64,000 nucleotides of DNA from Anthoceros angustus (taxonomy: Eukaryota > Plantae > Anthocerotophyta): contig MU008216.1 in assembly GCA_010909165.1 (NCBI GenBank), positions 186,001-250,000 on the forward strand, in the 5' to 3' direction. Positions 24,250 to 37,480 of the stretch are shown here, piece by piece; position 1 is the first letter of the stretch; each line of letters starts with the position of its first letter. Position numbers and translations under genes: made by a program. The notes beneath the pieces are model-generated. The model was given only the letters and a program-made list of their open reading frames with translations. It did not search any database and was not told the origin of the DNA.

Positions 24250-24410
24250 GACTCCCTTATATCGCCATGGGTACCGCATGAGCAAGCATGAAGCACTGGC
24301 TCACTTTAGCCCCTATTTCTTGCTGTTCGGGAGGGAGCTTGTGCCTCCCACCTCCATCGCCAAGCACATGTACGAGGCCGTGGACTTAGTGATGAGAATC
24401 ATACACAAGC
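24250..24410 (+). pseudogene. Gypsy integrase C-terminal fragment
   Basis: LPYIAMG(Y)RMSKHEALAHFSPYFLLFGR. The preceding SWDLV lies at ~22880-22895, on the other side of the solo LTR. Confidence 0.7.
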
Positions 24411-25867
24411 TCAAGCAATATGTGTTGTATTGATTCATAATAGAATGTACATGCCTTTATGTAGGCAAGGTTGTTGTAACCGTTAAGTAGTTGTAACAAC
24501 TAACCAATTAACTACTAAAAGAAACTACCTAGAGCCCTAAGGACTAATTAATTATTAAGTCCTAGGTGCCCTAGTGAAGAGTGCCCTAATAGTAAGCTAT
24601 TTTATCACTCCCACTCACTATGAACTAGGGGTGATTTTCGACCAAAAGAGGTCTAGGAAAACTAGTCTAGTAAAACTAGTCCCTAACTAAACTTTACTTA
24701 AAGGCATAAAGTAAAACTTAAGGTAAAACTGAAAGTAATAATCACTATTAAAATAACTCCCACTTAAGGAGAACGAGATGAGAAACTAATAACCCAACTT
24801 CAAGAATAGGTGGAATTAAAACTAATTAAAAGTATTTAAGGATTTATATATAGAGGAAAATCCAGAAAATACCTAATTTCCGAAAAGGAAAATCAAAAGG
24901 ATAATGGATAATACCCTTCTTCCTCAAACTTCACGATCCCGACAACTTGGTGGTTGGTACATGTGAGGTGATGGCGAGGGTGGCTACCCAGAAGGCGCGC
25001 CCACGGAGGAGGCGCCAGGGGCGCCATCGCCGTCCGAGCCCCGCTGGCCCCTCCGCTCGCCGGCCGTAGGGCCGGCGCCTTCCGCGCCTCCGGCCCGGCC
25101 CTGCGGGGACGCCAGGCGCCGGCGCCCAAACAAGGACAGAGGGCGCCCCTACCTGATGCATAGTCGTGTCCTGGGTGATGAAGAGTCTCGCCTCCAGCAC
25201 TCGCCTTCCTGCGCCTTTTCAAAAGAAATCTCCGCATTTGTCATTGATCCGACCTCATCCTCGGAGGATGAAGCGAAGATGCCTAAGGATCCTACAGGAC
25301 GCGCCCAAAGAGGGAAAGCCCGAAAGTGTAAGATTGCGTCTTCATTTCGCCATATTTTCTCCGCCATGTCTTCATTTGTGAAGCAATTCGGATGTGCTCA
25401 CCAAAGGGGAGAGCCCCTAGGTGATGAGGACGTGCCTCCCCTCTCAATGAATGATGCTCCGCAAAATGCCCACCTCCGCCAAAAGTGTTTGTAGGAAAGA
25501 TTGCCCATCTTATGCTTCTAAGAAGAAGCTATGACACAAGTGGATTACAAGGATGCTAACTTGATGGATAAGAGGTCAATGGTTGTGTGGTACGCAGATG
25601 GGTGGAGACGGCATGGGAGGATATGAAGGAAAAGAAAGGTGCAATATATTAAATAAGGGTTATCCGATTTAAGCATCCTAATTTCTATATGAGTTTTAGG
25701 ATCTAATAACCTAGCATAAATTTTCTGCGCTTGATGCGTAAACACATTTTGTTTCCCTAAGTGTATTAAAGACAAAAACATGGGCTATTATAAGTGGAAT
25801 TCTACCAAAAGGTGACCAGGAAAATAAAGTATACATACTCACCTTAGGTTTAAGTGAAAAGGGGAGA

Positions 25868-25951
25868 TGTCCGGACTCCTATATATGTGAGGAAAACTAC
25901 CATCCACATGATAAAAATAGCAAGTCTCCCATGTGAGGAATTTCCAGGACA
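25868..25951 (+). mobile_element. Possible very short LTR (84 bp) preceded by a polypurine tract
   Basis: GAAAAGGGGAGA|TGTCCGGA...TCCAGGACA with an internal TATATAT. No partner LTR was found. Confidence 0.3.
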
Positions 25952-26208
25952 TATCAAACATATTTTCCGTAGGTGCCTTTGGTGCTAAGGGAATTTATTG
26001 TTTTAATCACATAAATACTGCTTAAATATTATTTTTATTTTTAATATAAATATTCCAGGTTCTATGTTGGTCTATGAAGAGGAAGGGATGACCTAAGCTA
26101 TTTTGAAATAGAAGAAGAAAAATTTTCAGAAAAAATAGTAAGACAATAATTTTTGGGCTAAGATTTTAAGGTTATCTTAAATCGGCCCTAAGGCTGCTAG
26201 GGTGAGTA

Positions 26209-28007
26209 TTAGGCTAAAGGTTTGGACTGTGTATCCACTATACCTAAACATTTCATGTGTTTCCTATGTAACTCGATTCCCAATGACTTTGTTAATAAAT
26301 CAGCAACATTGTCTAAAGTTTGAACATAACTAATATTTATAGTTTTATCTTCTAACTTTTCCCTTATGTAGTGATACTCAACAGCTATATGTTTTGTTCT
26401 AGAGTGAAAAACAGGATTTCGTGCAAGTGCAATGGCACCCTGGCTATCACTAAACAAAGATGTAGGCTTAAGTTGAGGATGATGAAGTTCACTCAAAACT
26501 AACCTGGACCACACTATGTCTTTAGAACCGAGGTTAGTACCTGACTATTCGATTGACAAAGCTATAGTAGGTTGTTTCTTACTTGACCAGATATTGGTGC
26601 TCCTCCCAAGAGTAATACATACCGATCTGATTTCGTGTGTCGGTCAAAGATAGTCATCAAGATATGCCGTTAGAGTTAATGTGTTGATAGCTGGTGTATG
26701 CTTGAACCCAGTACATAGTGCCTTTAAGGTATCTAATATACGCTTAACAGACATCCAAAGGCTCACGCCGTGTTCTCCAAGAATTGTGAGCATGAACTGA
26801 CTTCAAAAGATATATTTGGTCTCGTAAAATTACATAAATATATTAGAGTGCCAACAGCATGTCGGTATGGAACTGCTGACATTTCTAGCTTTTCTTCAGT
26901 TGTTTTGGGACTCATATCTGAGGTAAGCCTAACACCACTTGCAAAAGGTGTGGGTGCAGGCTTTGCATCCTCAAGTCCAAATTTAGCTAAACTCTCCTTA
27001 ATATACTTGGTTTGAACTATACTTAGAGTCTTATTACCTCTATTTCGTATAATATTAACACCAAGTGCATATGTCATTCTCCTAGATCGGACATCTCAAA
27101 TAGAGTCCTAAGCCATGCTTTAGTTTCGGCTAGGAGGTGAGGGAGTTTGTTGCCATAAAAACATCATCAACATAAAGTAGAAGATAAAATATATCATTGC
27201 GGATATTAGGATGTACATACAAGCATCACCACGGCTTTGCTTAAATCCTCTCCCAATAAGTTGTACATGTATGGTTAAATTCCAATTCTTGCTGCTTAAG
27301 GCCATACAAACCTTTGATGAGTCGGCATACCCAATCTTCTTTGCCTTTGACTTAACCCTCGGGTTGTCTCATGTATATTTTCCTCTTGCAGCGCCCTTAC
27401 AAATATCTTTGTCTTAACATCCATCATGTGGAGTTCAAGATCATGTTGGGCACATAAGGCAAATATCATTCAAGTGTGGCAAATTTGGCTCTTGGGGCAT
27501 AAGTGGCCCAAGGTATGTAATCTAGACCAGAATTTGTGTAAAACCTCGGCTACTAGGTGCCTTTATACCTTTCTATAGAACCATCTCCTTTTCTTTTAAT
27601 TTTAAATACCCATTTGCTGGTTACTATCTTCCTACCCCTAGGTGGTTTGACCAATTCCATGTAGAGTTATTAACTAGGGAATTATATTCATCTCTGACTA
27701 CCTTCCATAAGTCTTTTCGAGAAGAGAAAGCTTGTTTTAAGGTAAGAGGTTCTTCCGGGTCTATAGTTGCCTTGTAGACTTTTGAGAATAAAGTGATATA
27801 GGGGTATAGGATCATCAAAACAGCTAGGTATCCTAAAGGAGGTTCCTTCCAACCTGCAGGACCTGAAATGGTAGGTCGGGATCTGAGGTTGTACCTTTGT
27901 GCAGGTGCATCATCCACAGGAGCGGGATCTACGACGGGATCTGCTGGCTCCATAATGTCATCCTCCAGAGGGTCATCAAACTCATCATCATGAGTGTCAA
28001 CTGGCAC
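26209..28007 (-). mobile_element. Ty1/copia pol fragment (RT-RNase H), frameshifted
   Basis: EEPLTLKQA...EYNSLVNNSTW, ELHMMDVKT, YALGVNIIR...PYRHAVGTLIYL..TRPNI, SDSQGAIALARNPVFHSRTKHIAVEYHYIRE...ADLLTKSL. Confidence 0.92.
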
Positions 28008-28197
28008 TTAAAGAGAACCCTAAAACGTATTACCTTAAATTACTATTAGGGTTAGGTAGACTCATAATCAGTTATTAGTTATATAACCGTTCCTCGTGTT
28101 ATGTAAACATTCTCTCTTGTAAATAACTGTCACTTTTTCCTTGCATTACCTTTGTTCTCCTCAGTCACCACGCCGTGCGCTATCCAGGATCGCTTTA

Positions 28198-28210
28198 TGG
28201 TATCACAGCC
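28198..28210 (+). promoter_or_regulatory. tRNA-iMet primer-binding site
   Basis: TGGTATCACAGCC versus canonical TGGTATCAGAGC (1 mismatch), upstream of copia gag. Confidence 0.7.
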
Positions 28211-29077
28211 ATGTATTTGGCGATTGCGCTTAATCCCTGCAGGCAGTGGTGATACCTGGCCAATGTCACAAGGTCAGATATGCCGAAGCGCAGGGTTCTG
28301 ACGCAAGTGTCAGGTAGAGGAGCTGCAGGAAGGAGGATTGCCTCACCTGCAATCCATCAGGAATTCATTTGTCTCGACTGTCGTGAGGCAGAAACTCATC
28401 CCTGCTCCCGACAGCCTGCTACCCCTCGCTCATGCGCCTTCGTTGAAAATGTCTCTTGCGCCGATCGAAGACTTTCTTCCAACAATCGGCGCACGGATCC
28501 GGTGAGAGTTATCGATCCTTCCTTGAGAGATCGCGGCCATGTATCAGCAGCGAGTTGGATTCGGCATACTCCCATATCAGCAGGCTTCAGGATCTGTTCG
28601 ACGGCCTCAACGATACCATCAAACAGATGCACATTATGTGCGAGACCCACAACGCCTTCGAGGCTACCAGAATGAAGAAGGCATCATTCAACGCTCTTGG
28701 CCTGAGCCACCATTGCTGACAGCTTGCGTGCAGGGATGCAATCAAATCCTGACGATGATGACAATCTTGATATCGACGATGCCGGCTCAGTGGGTCCTTC
28801 CTCCGATTCTGATGGTGCAACCTTGGAGGAGCCTCCAATCGCGCGCATCGGTTCAACAGCGGCCTGGCCATCACCGGACAAGGAAATGGCAACCCTATTC
28901 CATATCCGCCAGAACCTCTACTATGTCTCTACTGCCCCTTCCGGTACCTCAAGATAGACTTTATGATTGTGACCGTTTAACGGCACTAATCTCTCAGACA
29001 AGGCTTACAGAGATATTGGAGGAGAGTGAACGATGGGAGTTGTTGATGGATCGAGCACGTGCACTAACTCCATGTAC

Positions 29078-29770
29078 GAGATGTTCTAGCTTTTCTTCAG
29101 TTTTGGGACTCATATCTCGAGGTAAGCCTAACACCACTTGCAAAAGGTGTGGGTGCAGCTTTGCATCCTCAAGTCCAAATTTAGCTAAACTCTCCTTAAT
29201 ATACTTGGTTTGAACTATACTTAGAGTCTTATTACCTCTATTTCGTATAATATTAACACCAAGTGCATATGTCATTTCTCCTAGATCGGACATCTCAAAT
29301 AGAGTCCTAAGCCATGCTTTAGTTTCGCTAGGAGAGTGAGGGAGTTTGTTGCCATAAAAACATCATCAACATAAAGTAGAAGATAAAATATATCATTGCG
29401 GATATTAGGATGTACATACAAGCATCACCGGCTTTGCTTAAATCCTCTCCCAATAAGTTGTACATGTATGGTTAAATTCCAATTGCCCGACCGCTTAAGG
29501 CCATACAAACCTTTGATGAGTCGGCATACCCAATCTTCTTTGCCTTTGACTTCAGAACCTCGGGTTGTCTCATGTATATTTCCTCTTGCAGCGCCATACA
29601 AATATCTTGTCTTAACATCCATCATGTGGAGTTCAAGATCATGTTGGGCACATAAGGCAAATATCATTCAAGTGTGGCAAATTTGGCTCTTGGGGCATAA
29701 GTGGCCCAAGGTATGTAATCTAGACCAGAATTTGTGTAAACCTACTACTAGGCATATACCTTTCTATAGA
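29078..29770 (-). repeat. Second copy of copia RT segment 26880-27560 embedded in the plus-strand copia
   Basis: Near-identical sequence with small deletions. Junction microhomologies are TTCTAGCTT and TAGAACC. Confidence 0.85.
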
Positions 29771-31766
29771 ACCATGATGCCTCACACTCGGCGACTCTGC
29801 AATGTGGAGTAATTTTATGATGATATACAAGGACAAGAGCTCAGCCTCTTAAATACATTCCTTTCGAGACTTTTTCTATCTGCGCATGAAGGAGAATGAG
29901 TCTGTGGAATCTTATATCAACAAGTTTAGGACTGCCCGTGCAAACCTTGCCTACTGTGGCACTATCCTTACTGGAGTTCAAGCATCTGTTGGACTGTTGG
30001 CATCCTTGCCAGAGAGCTACTCTCAATTTTCAAGCTCACGTATCGCAGGGCAAGACCAGTCACAGTGGGCAATGTCCCCAACTTGACCCTCGAGGAGGTT
30101 TTCGGAGCCTTGCTTGCTGAAGAGCGTACTAGAGGCCTTCACAAGTCGAAGGGCCAGAACTCCAACGAATTCATTTGTCTCGATCGTGAGGCGTAAACTC
30201 ATCCCCCTCCCGACGCTACCCTCGCTCATGCGCCTTCGTTGAAAATGTCTCTTGCGCCGATCGAAGACTTTCTTCCAACAATCGGCGCACGGATCCGGTG
30301 AGAGTTATCGATCCCTTCCTTGTGAGATCGCGGCCATGTATCAGCAGCGAGTTGGATTCGGCATACTCCCATATCAGCCAGCCGGGATCGCTCGACGGCC
30401 TCAACGATACCATCAAACGATGCACATTATGTGCGAGACCCACAACGCGCCGAGGCTACCGTAATGAAGAAGGCATCATTCAACGCTCTTGGCCTGAGCC
30501 ACCATTGCTGACAGCTTGCGTGCAGGGATGCAATCAAATCCTGACGATGATGACAATCTTGATATCGACGATGCCGGCTCAGTGGGTCCTTCCTCCGATT
30601 CTGATGGTGCAACCTTGGAGGAGCAGCCTCCAACTGCGCCACTGGTTCAACAATAGCAGCCAGGGCCATCAGCTGGACAAGGAAATGGCAACCCTATTCC
30701 ATATCCAGTTGTGAACCCTGCTACTATGTCTCAGTCGGCTGCACCCCTTCCTGGTACCCTGAAGATAGACTTTAAGGATTGTGACCGTTTCAACGGCACT
30801 AACTACTCTGTATGGGCAATAAGGCTTACAGAGATATTGGAGGAGAGTGAACTGATGGGAGTTGTTGATGGGACTGAGCAGTCGCCAGTACCAACTCCAC
30901 AGAATGCTGCAGATGTTCTAGCTTGGAAGCGGAAGGACAGGCGTGCACGTTCCATCATCATTGCTTCTCTGGATAGAACCATGATGCCTCACACTCTCGG
31001 TGCAGACACCTCTGCAGCTGTGTGGAGTAATTTTATGATGATATACAAGGACAAGAGCTCAGCCTCTTAAATACATTCCTTTCGAGACTTTTCTATCTCG
31101 CGCATGAAGGAGAAGTCGTGGAATCTTATATCAACAAGTTTAGGACTGCCGTGCAACCTTGCCTATCGTGGCACTATCCTTCGGAGTTCAAGCATGTCAT
31201 GGACTGTTGGCATCCTTGCCGAGAGCTACTCTCAATTTTCAAGCTCACAGTACTCGTTAGGGCAAGACCGCAGTCACAGCAATGTCCCCAACTTGACCCT
31301 CGAGGAGGTTTTCGGAGCCTTGCTTGCTGAAGAGCGTACTAGAGGCCTTCACAAGTCGAAGGGCCAGAACTCCAACAGCAACAGAGTCCTTTTCTCATCG
31401 AGTGGTAGAGGCAGCTGGCGTGGAAGAGGTGGTCGAGGAAGAGGTTCGTCTTCGACTGTAAGACAACCCAATTTGCAACGCAAGACATTCACTTGCAACT
31501 GGTGCAAGATAGCAGGTCACTATGAGCATGACTGCCGGAAGAAGCGGGCTGGTGAGCCCAGGAGATCTAGAGATGCACCACAAGCAGAGCCCAATGTGAT
31601 CTCAACCAAGACCACTTCGACCACCAAAGCCCCAACCATTCTTGCTGTTTGTCTTTCATCGATTCAAATTCAAACGGACATGTGGTTTTTAGACTCTGGG
31701 GCTACTAGCCACATTTGTTTTGATAGGATAGCCTTTCATATTTTCGTGCATTCCACTGATGATAGA

Positions 31767-34700
31767 TGTGGGAGGAAAACCCCGGGGCTTCCGAGGTTCC
31801 CCCTCTAGTGGCCACACTTATCCCACTGTCGCTTTGTACGTTGGGTTTCGTCCCATGAGACTTGTGTGAACGATCGGATTCTGGAGAAACAATCGCTACT
31901 TGCAGCAACACACTACCTCAGCCTTCTAAACAAGCAAGGCGCCCACTACTCTCCCTCTTACAGCAGCTGCACCACTTGCACTGCTTCAAAAACTCAACGA
32001 TCCTCGACCTACAACGATACCACAAAATTGCAGGTCATGCCTTAGCAGCAAGGAGTCTATCACGGGCGCCCAAGGACCCCCTGACCCACACCGCAATTTC
32101 GTCCCTACTTCTAAGACCAATCTTCTCTACTCAGGGAGCGCCCTCTTACTTGCAGATTTGGGATTCGCTCCTTAGGCTCCGCTTGTGGCCATCCACTATT
32201 ACCTACACTCTAATCCTCTACTCATCATCCACTCATCATCCTCCTCAATGCTCAACTCATCTCCTCATTCTCCCCCTATTCTAACCTCAATTCAGGCTCA
32301 CTGGCCTCGGCTCGCCCTTACGGCACAATTGCCTGGGGTCCACCTACAAGCCAGCAAGTTCTTCCTTGGGCCGGTTGCTATGAGTTTGACACCCGACAGC
32401 GAGAACCTCCAGGGAGTCTTTCCCTGTAGTCTACCCTCAAGCCGAGAGTTCCTTGGGCATCGCCACACACCCAAAGCAAAGCAATTTCACAGCAACCATT
32501 CACAAGGGGAGCAACTTGTCGAGGCGCTCGCACGGAGCAGGCCCTCTACCAAGCACTCCGACCACCGCAAACTTCCTTTCTACCAGATGTTGCATTGGCT
32601 TGCAGCCGGCACGAAATTCCTCTACAAGGGGCAAAGGACTCGCGAGTATGGAAGCGCAAGACGTGATACTTTACTTAGTGAAATCCTCCTCCTCTTATAG
32701 GAGGACCTCTACATACAACCTCCCTTAGGTGTGCCTGCTGCAGGCCACCTTTTCCAATATTTTATTATTTCCTCACGATTTAAGTCCTGCATCTAAGTTC
32801 ATCGCCAATCCTAGGTAAAATTCTATTCTAGCAATTTTCACCTATGGCCATTCTTAAATAAGTCTACACCATCATCTCCTTCCTGTTCCCAAAGTATGGT
32901 CATTGACCACCATTTATCCTTATCTTCAAGCGGCGGCGTCTTCTCTCAACATTGGCTCCCTCGCCCTCTTTTTGCTCCTGTCCCCTCCCAGCTTCTGTCT
33001 TCTTCCTGGCTTGTGGGGCAAGTACCTTTCTGCCCCTTCTTCCCGCTCCGCGAGGCGGCGCTCTGATCCTTCGCACCCTTCAGGCAATTGCGCCCCTCCC
33101 TTGTTCACAAATGGCCCCGCTTCCAGCTCCCTCTGGAGGCCGCGCTCCTTCAAAAGGGCACCCTACCGCGGTAGTTTGGCAGCCTACCGGGGTAGGTTGA
33201 CCACCTACCATGGTAGGTTGGTCCCTTTCCCTTGCTCTTCTTATAAATTGTAATAGCGGAAGCGTTTGCAAGTAAACAAAATGCAAATTAAATTATGAGT
33301 ACACAAAATTGTCTTAAATGGTGGGTATTGCCTTGGTACCATTCTTAAACCGCACAATTTTCACAAAGCAAAGGACTGGAGGATGGGAGCGCAAGACACG
33401 ATAATTTTACTTCACAAGCTCCCTCCTTCTATAGGGAGGACCTCACATACAACCTCCCCCTGGCGCGCCTTCCTGATGCTGCCTCACTCCTTATTTTAGT
33501 GTATCCTACTGTCGGACTTTAAGTTCTGACATTGAAGCATCTTTGGTAAAATTCTATTCTAGCAACCTCACCTACGTGAGCCTTAATGGCGCCTGTCAAC
33601 ATTCCTATCTAGCTAGTCAACACACCCCTACTGGGTTGATAAGCATTTATGCCTGTCCTCCTCTAAAGAAAGTCTCCCCCCAAGCAATGAGCCCACACTC
33701 CAAGCTACCACCAACCCTTCACCTCCGGCGTCACGCCACGACCTGGTGTGATCCTACGGATGTAGGGCCACCCTCCTCCTACGGACGTGGGGTCAACTCC
33801 ACACCTCCTCACGGACGAGGGTCAACTTCTCCCTACCTGAGGGGTCAACTTCTTATGGCCCACCGCCTCACACTCCTTTGCAAGAAGGTCTCCCGTGAGC
33901 GGATCTTGCTCCATGCCTTCCTCTTCCTCCTCAGTCATCCTCACGGCCTTATATGCCGGATGTGTTGGGGCATCCAAAGACCGATGGTCCTTGCATCCCT
34001 ATTTTCCAGTTGCTCAAGTTCCTGCCGTGGCATAGTGAATTTTATAAATCATTCCTCTATCATCTCCAAGTTGACATAGGCACAATGGCAGCCATACACC
34101 CATTGCAATTGTACGTTGGGCTCTCCAGCAAACCGTCTGAATGTCACCAAGTGCCTAGCCTTCACCTGTGCAGGGAAGCAATTAAATTCGGGCATTGTAC
34201 CTCTTCTCCTGGCTCCTTGCTCTTCACTCCACAGTCCCACCTAGCTCAAACTTGATGTCCTCATAGCATACAACTCCTTATGCGCCCAAATCCCTCACTT
34301 GCAAGGTCCTAGGCACAAAAATTCAGCGCCGCTGCCCTCTTCATAGTTGTGCTTCAAATCCCTTCACACAAAACTCCTTATGCACCTGTCCCTCCCGCCT
34401 CTTCTTCCCGGCTTGTGGGCAAGTACCTTTCGCCTTCTTCCTCAGGCGGCGCCCGATCCTTCGCACCCAGACTTGCGCCTCCCTTGTTCACAATGGCCCT
34501 GGCCTCCTCCTGAGGCCGCTCCTTCAAAGGGCACCCTACGCGGTAGTTTGGCAGCCTACCGGGGTAGGTTGACCACCTACCATGGTAGGTTGGTCCCTTT
34601 CCCTTGCTCTTCTTATAAATTGTAATAGCGGAAGCGTTTGCAAGTAAACAAAATGCAAATTAAATTATGAGTACACAAAATTGTCTTAAATGGTGGGTAT

Positions 34701-36200
34701 TGTGCCCCTTGGGTAATTAAGGCTTGCAGCCGGCACGAAATTCCTGCACACAAAGCAAAGGACTCGGGAGGATGGGAGCGCAAGACACGATAATTTTACT
34801 TCACAAGCTCCCTCCTTCTATAGGGAGGACCTCACATACAACCTCCCCACAGCGCGCCTCCCGGTCGCCACTCCTTATTTTAGTGTATCCCTCTGCCGGA
34901 CTTTAAGTTCGACATTGAAGCATCTTTGGTAAAATTCTATTCTAGCAACCTCACCTCGTGAGCCTTAATGCGCTCACATTCCTATCTAGCTAGTCAACAC
35001 CCTCTGGGTTGATAAGCATTTATGTCCTCCTCTAAAGAAAGTCTCCCCAAGCAATGAGCCCACACTCCAAGCTACCACCAACCCTTCAATTACCTCCGGC
35101 GTCTGCCGTCGCCGCCTGGTGATCCTACGGATGTAGGGCCACCCTCTACACCTCCTACGGACGTAGGGTCAACTTCTTACACCTCCTACGGACGTAGGGT
35201 CAACTTCTTATACCTCCTACGGACGTAGGGTCAACTTCTTATGGCCCTACCGCCTCCACACTCTCCACTGCAAGAAGGTCTCCCGTGAGCGGATCTTGCT
35301 CCATGCCTTCCTCTTCCTCCTCCGAGTCATCCTCTACGGCCTTCCATACACCTTGATGTGTTGGGGCATCCGGCCACAGATCATCCTTGCATCCCTATTT
35401 TCCAGTTGCTCAAGTTCCTGCCGTGGCATAGTGAATTTTATAAATCATTCCTCTATCATCTCCAAGTTGACATAGGCACAATGGCCGTGACCCATACATT
35501 GCAATTATCGTTGGGCTCTCCGGCCGTCGAATGTCACCAAGTGCCTAGCCTTCACCATGCGGAAGCAATTAAATTCGGGCATTGTACCTCTTCTCCCGGC
35601 TCCTTGCTCTTCACTCCACAGTCCCACCTAGCTCAAACTTGATGTCCTCATAGCATACAACTCCTTATGCTTCGTCCCTCACTTGCAAGGTCCTAGGCAC
35701 AAAAATTCAGCCGCCCTCTTCATAGTTGTGCTTCAAATCCTTCACACACCTTATGCACCCACAACTCCTTATGCACATCTCCTTCTCCTTGCACACACAT
35801 GGGCACCGCGTTCTCACCAAGCTTTCCCTTGCATGCACAAGCTCTTCCCTGATTCCTCGCAGGCTTCCTAGGTGTCACTCCCTACACACCCCAGCTTGCA
35901 TGGCCCTTTGGTAGTGACAGTGAAACTCCTTGATATAGGCCGTTGATTCCTTGCCATGTGGCACCATTTCCACCGTCCTCTGCCTACGTAGGGAGACCTC
36001 ACCACTCCCTACGGTAGGGAGACACTCTCATTCTACCTACCTACCTACCTAGTTACCGCTCGTAGGGAGTCCCTGCTACCCTACATCCTACCCATGTAGG
36101 GCCACCCTGGTCACCCTACATACTACCTGCATCTTTGTCCCCTACTTATGGACACGCACCGTCCCCTACTTACATTCATACATGTAGGGACCCCTGCCCT
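31767..36200 (-). mobile_element. 3' end of an LTR retroelement: 3' LTR (31767-~32680) plus internal 3' region tandemly repeated with a ~1.37-kb period
   Basis: The LTR matches 22897-24243. PPT-like AGAAGGAGGGAG followed by CT-TGTGAAG occurs at 33430-33410 and again at ~34820-34800. 30-bp tandem repeats lie at 35150-35245. No pol was recognised. Confidence 0.65.
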
Positions 36201-36229
36201 ACCTATGTAGGGTCATCCTTGTTACCCTA

Positions 36230-37480
36230 CGGGATCTTGCGAAGTGGCAGGCATTCCTTCCCATCGCTTTTGGGGGCACTGGTTTGCTGGCCACGGAGGC
36301 CTCCGCGCTACCGGCTTTCTTAGGGAGCTAGGCTCTCTCTGCCCCCATCTTGTCCTCCCGTTTCTAATTCGGCATTCACATATCCTGGAGGCTTTTGTCG
36401 CGGGCGTTGAGGAGGGGACTTTTCCCATGCAGGCCTCATTAAGATTAGCCAGGGACCCTTTATCCTCCGAGGCGAGGGCTGCCATGCCGTCTTTTTCCTC
36501 GCTTTCTAAGGTTGGGCTCCGGGGGCTTCAAGCGTCCCTCCTGGAGAAACAATACGGGCAGGCGCAATTGGCCCTTCTCCGGGATTCTTTCATTCCTAGG
36601 CCCACTCGGGCTCGTCTCTGCTCTTGCTCAAGAAAGGGGGCAGGTTCCTGGCTTCTGGCTCGACCTAGTATTTAGGCGTTCCGCATTGCACTAGCAACTT
36701 TTTCCACCGCGATGTGTTTTCTCCTTGGCTTGGTCCATCCTCTAGCTTGCTCTCTTTCAACTTGTAGCTGCGGGGCCCCTCTCGCTGACTTTGGGACGCA
36801 CTTGGCTCATTTGTCCTAAGCGTATCGCTACACATGACACCGTCCAGGACGTCATGTTCTTTATTGCTAGGGAAGGCGGGTTCCTTCCATTTAGGGAGCG
36901 CCCTTACACCTTGCTCAACGGGGTTTCGCTTAGGGCAGACTTATTTTTGACCTGGGGGGATCAGGTTTCGGTTGCTGATGTGGTTGTAACCGATCCCACC
37001 TGGGAGAGTGTCTGCGAACATGTTATTCTTAACCCTGCAGGTTGGGCGGCGGAGGGATGCACGATGGCCAAGGTCCACAAGTACTCTCCTATGCGGCCAC
37101 GCCTTCGTCCCCCTTGCCATTGAGACTCACGGAGCCATGGGCAAGGATTTCTCTAGGTTCGTCAAGGCCTGCGCCAAGGCTTGTCATAGCTGCAGGAATG
37201 GGGTTGGCCTCCCCCTTTCTTGTATTGTTGCTTTCTTCCGACAGAGGGTTTCCGTCGCTCTGCAAAGGGCGTTGGCTAACACAGTGTATAGAACGACAAC
37301 GAGCGCGGGAGATGAAGCAGCTTCTTCGACACTTGTGGTAAGTAGACCTTTTCACATCCCTGACCACGAAGTTCTTCGGGTGGTTGGTAGTTTTGAAGTG
37401 CGTGATCGTGGGGGCTAGTCCCCCTGGCATGGTGCCCTTCTCTGGGTTTTTCCCATCTCTTTTTTATAATAAAGTCTTCT
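36230..37480 (+). mobile_element. 5'-truncated CRE-clade non-LTR retrotransposon (copy C)
   Basis: RARLCSCSRKGAGSWLLARPS, CSCGAPL...HL, RIATHDTVQDV, RADL...VADVVVTDPT, KVHKY, PLAIETHG, FFRQRVSVALQR, and a 3' ATAATAAA. Confidence 0.85.

Larger units (their letters stand above)
28010..31765 (+). mobile_element. Ty1/copia 5' half (partial LTR, PBS, long leader, gag, protease), scrambled by duplications and truncated by an LTR insertion
   Basis: PBS at 28198. Gag reads FNGTNYSVWAIRL...WKRKD..AR..I, CNWCKIAGHYEHDC, and the protease reads WFLDSGATSHIC (~31685-31720). Confidence 0.85.

Noticed and set aside
24893-25850. GC-rich ORFs and minus-strand donor-like sites
   Set aside because: No coherent gene model or family could be supported.
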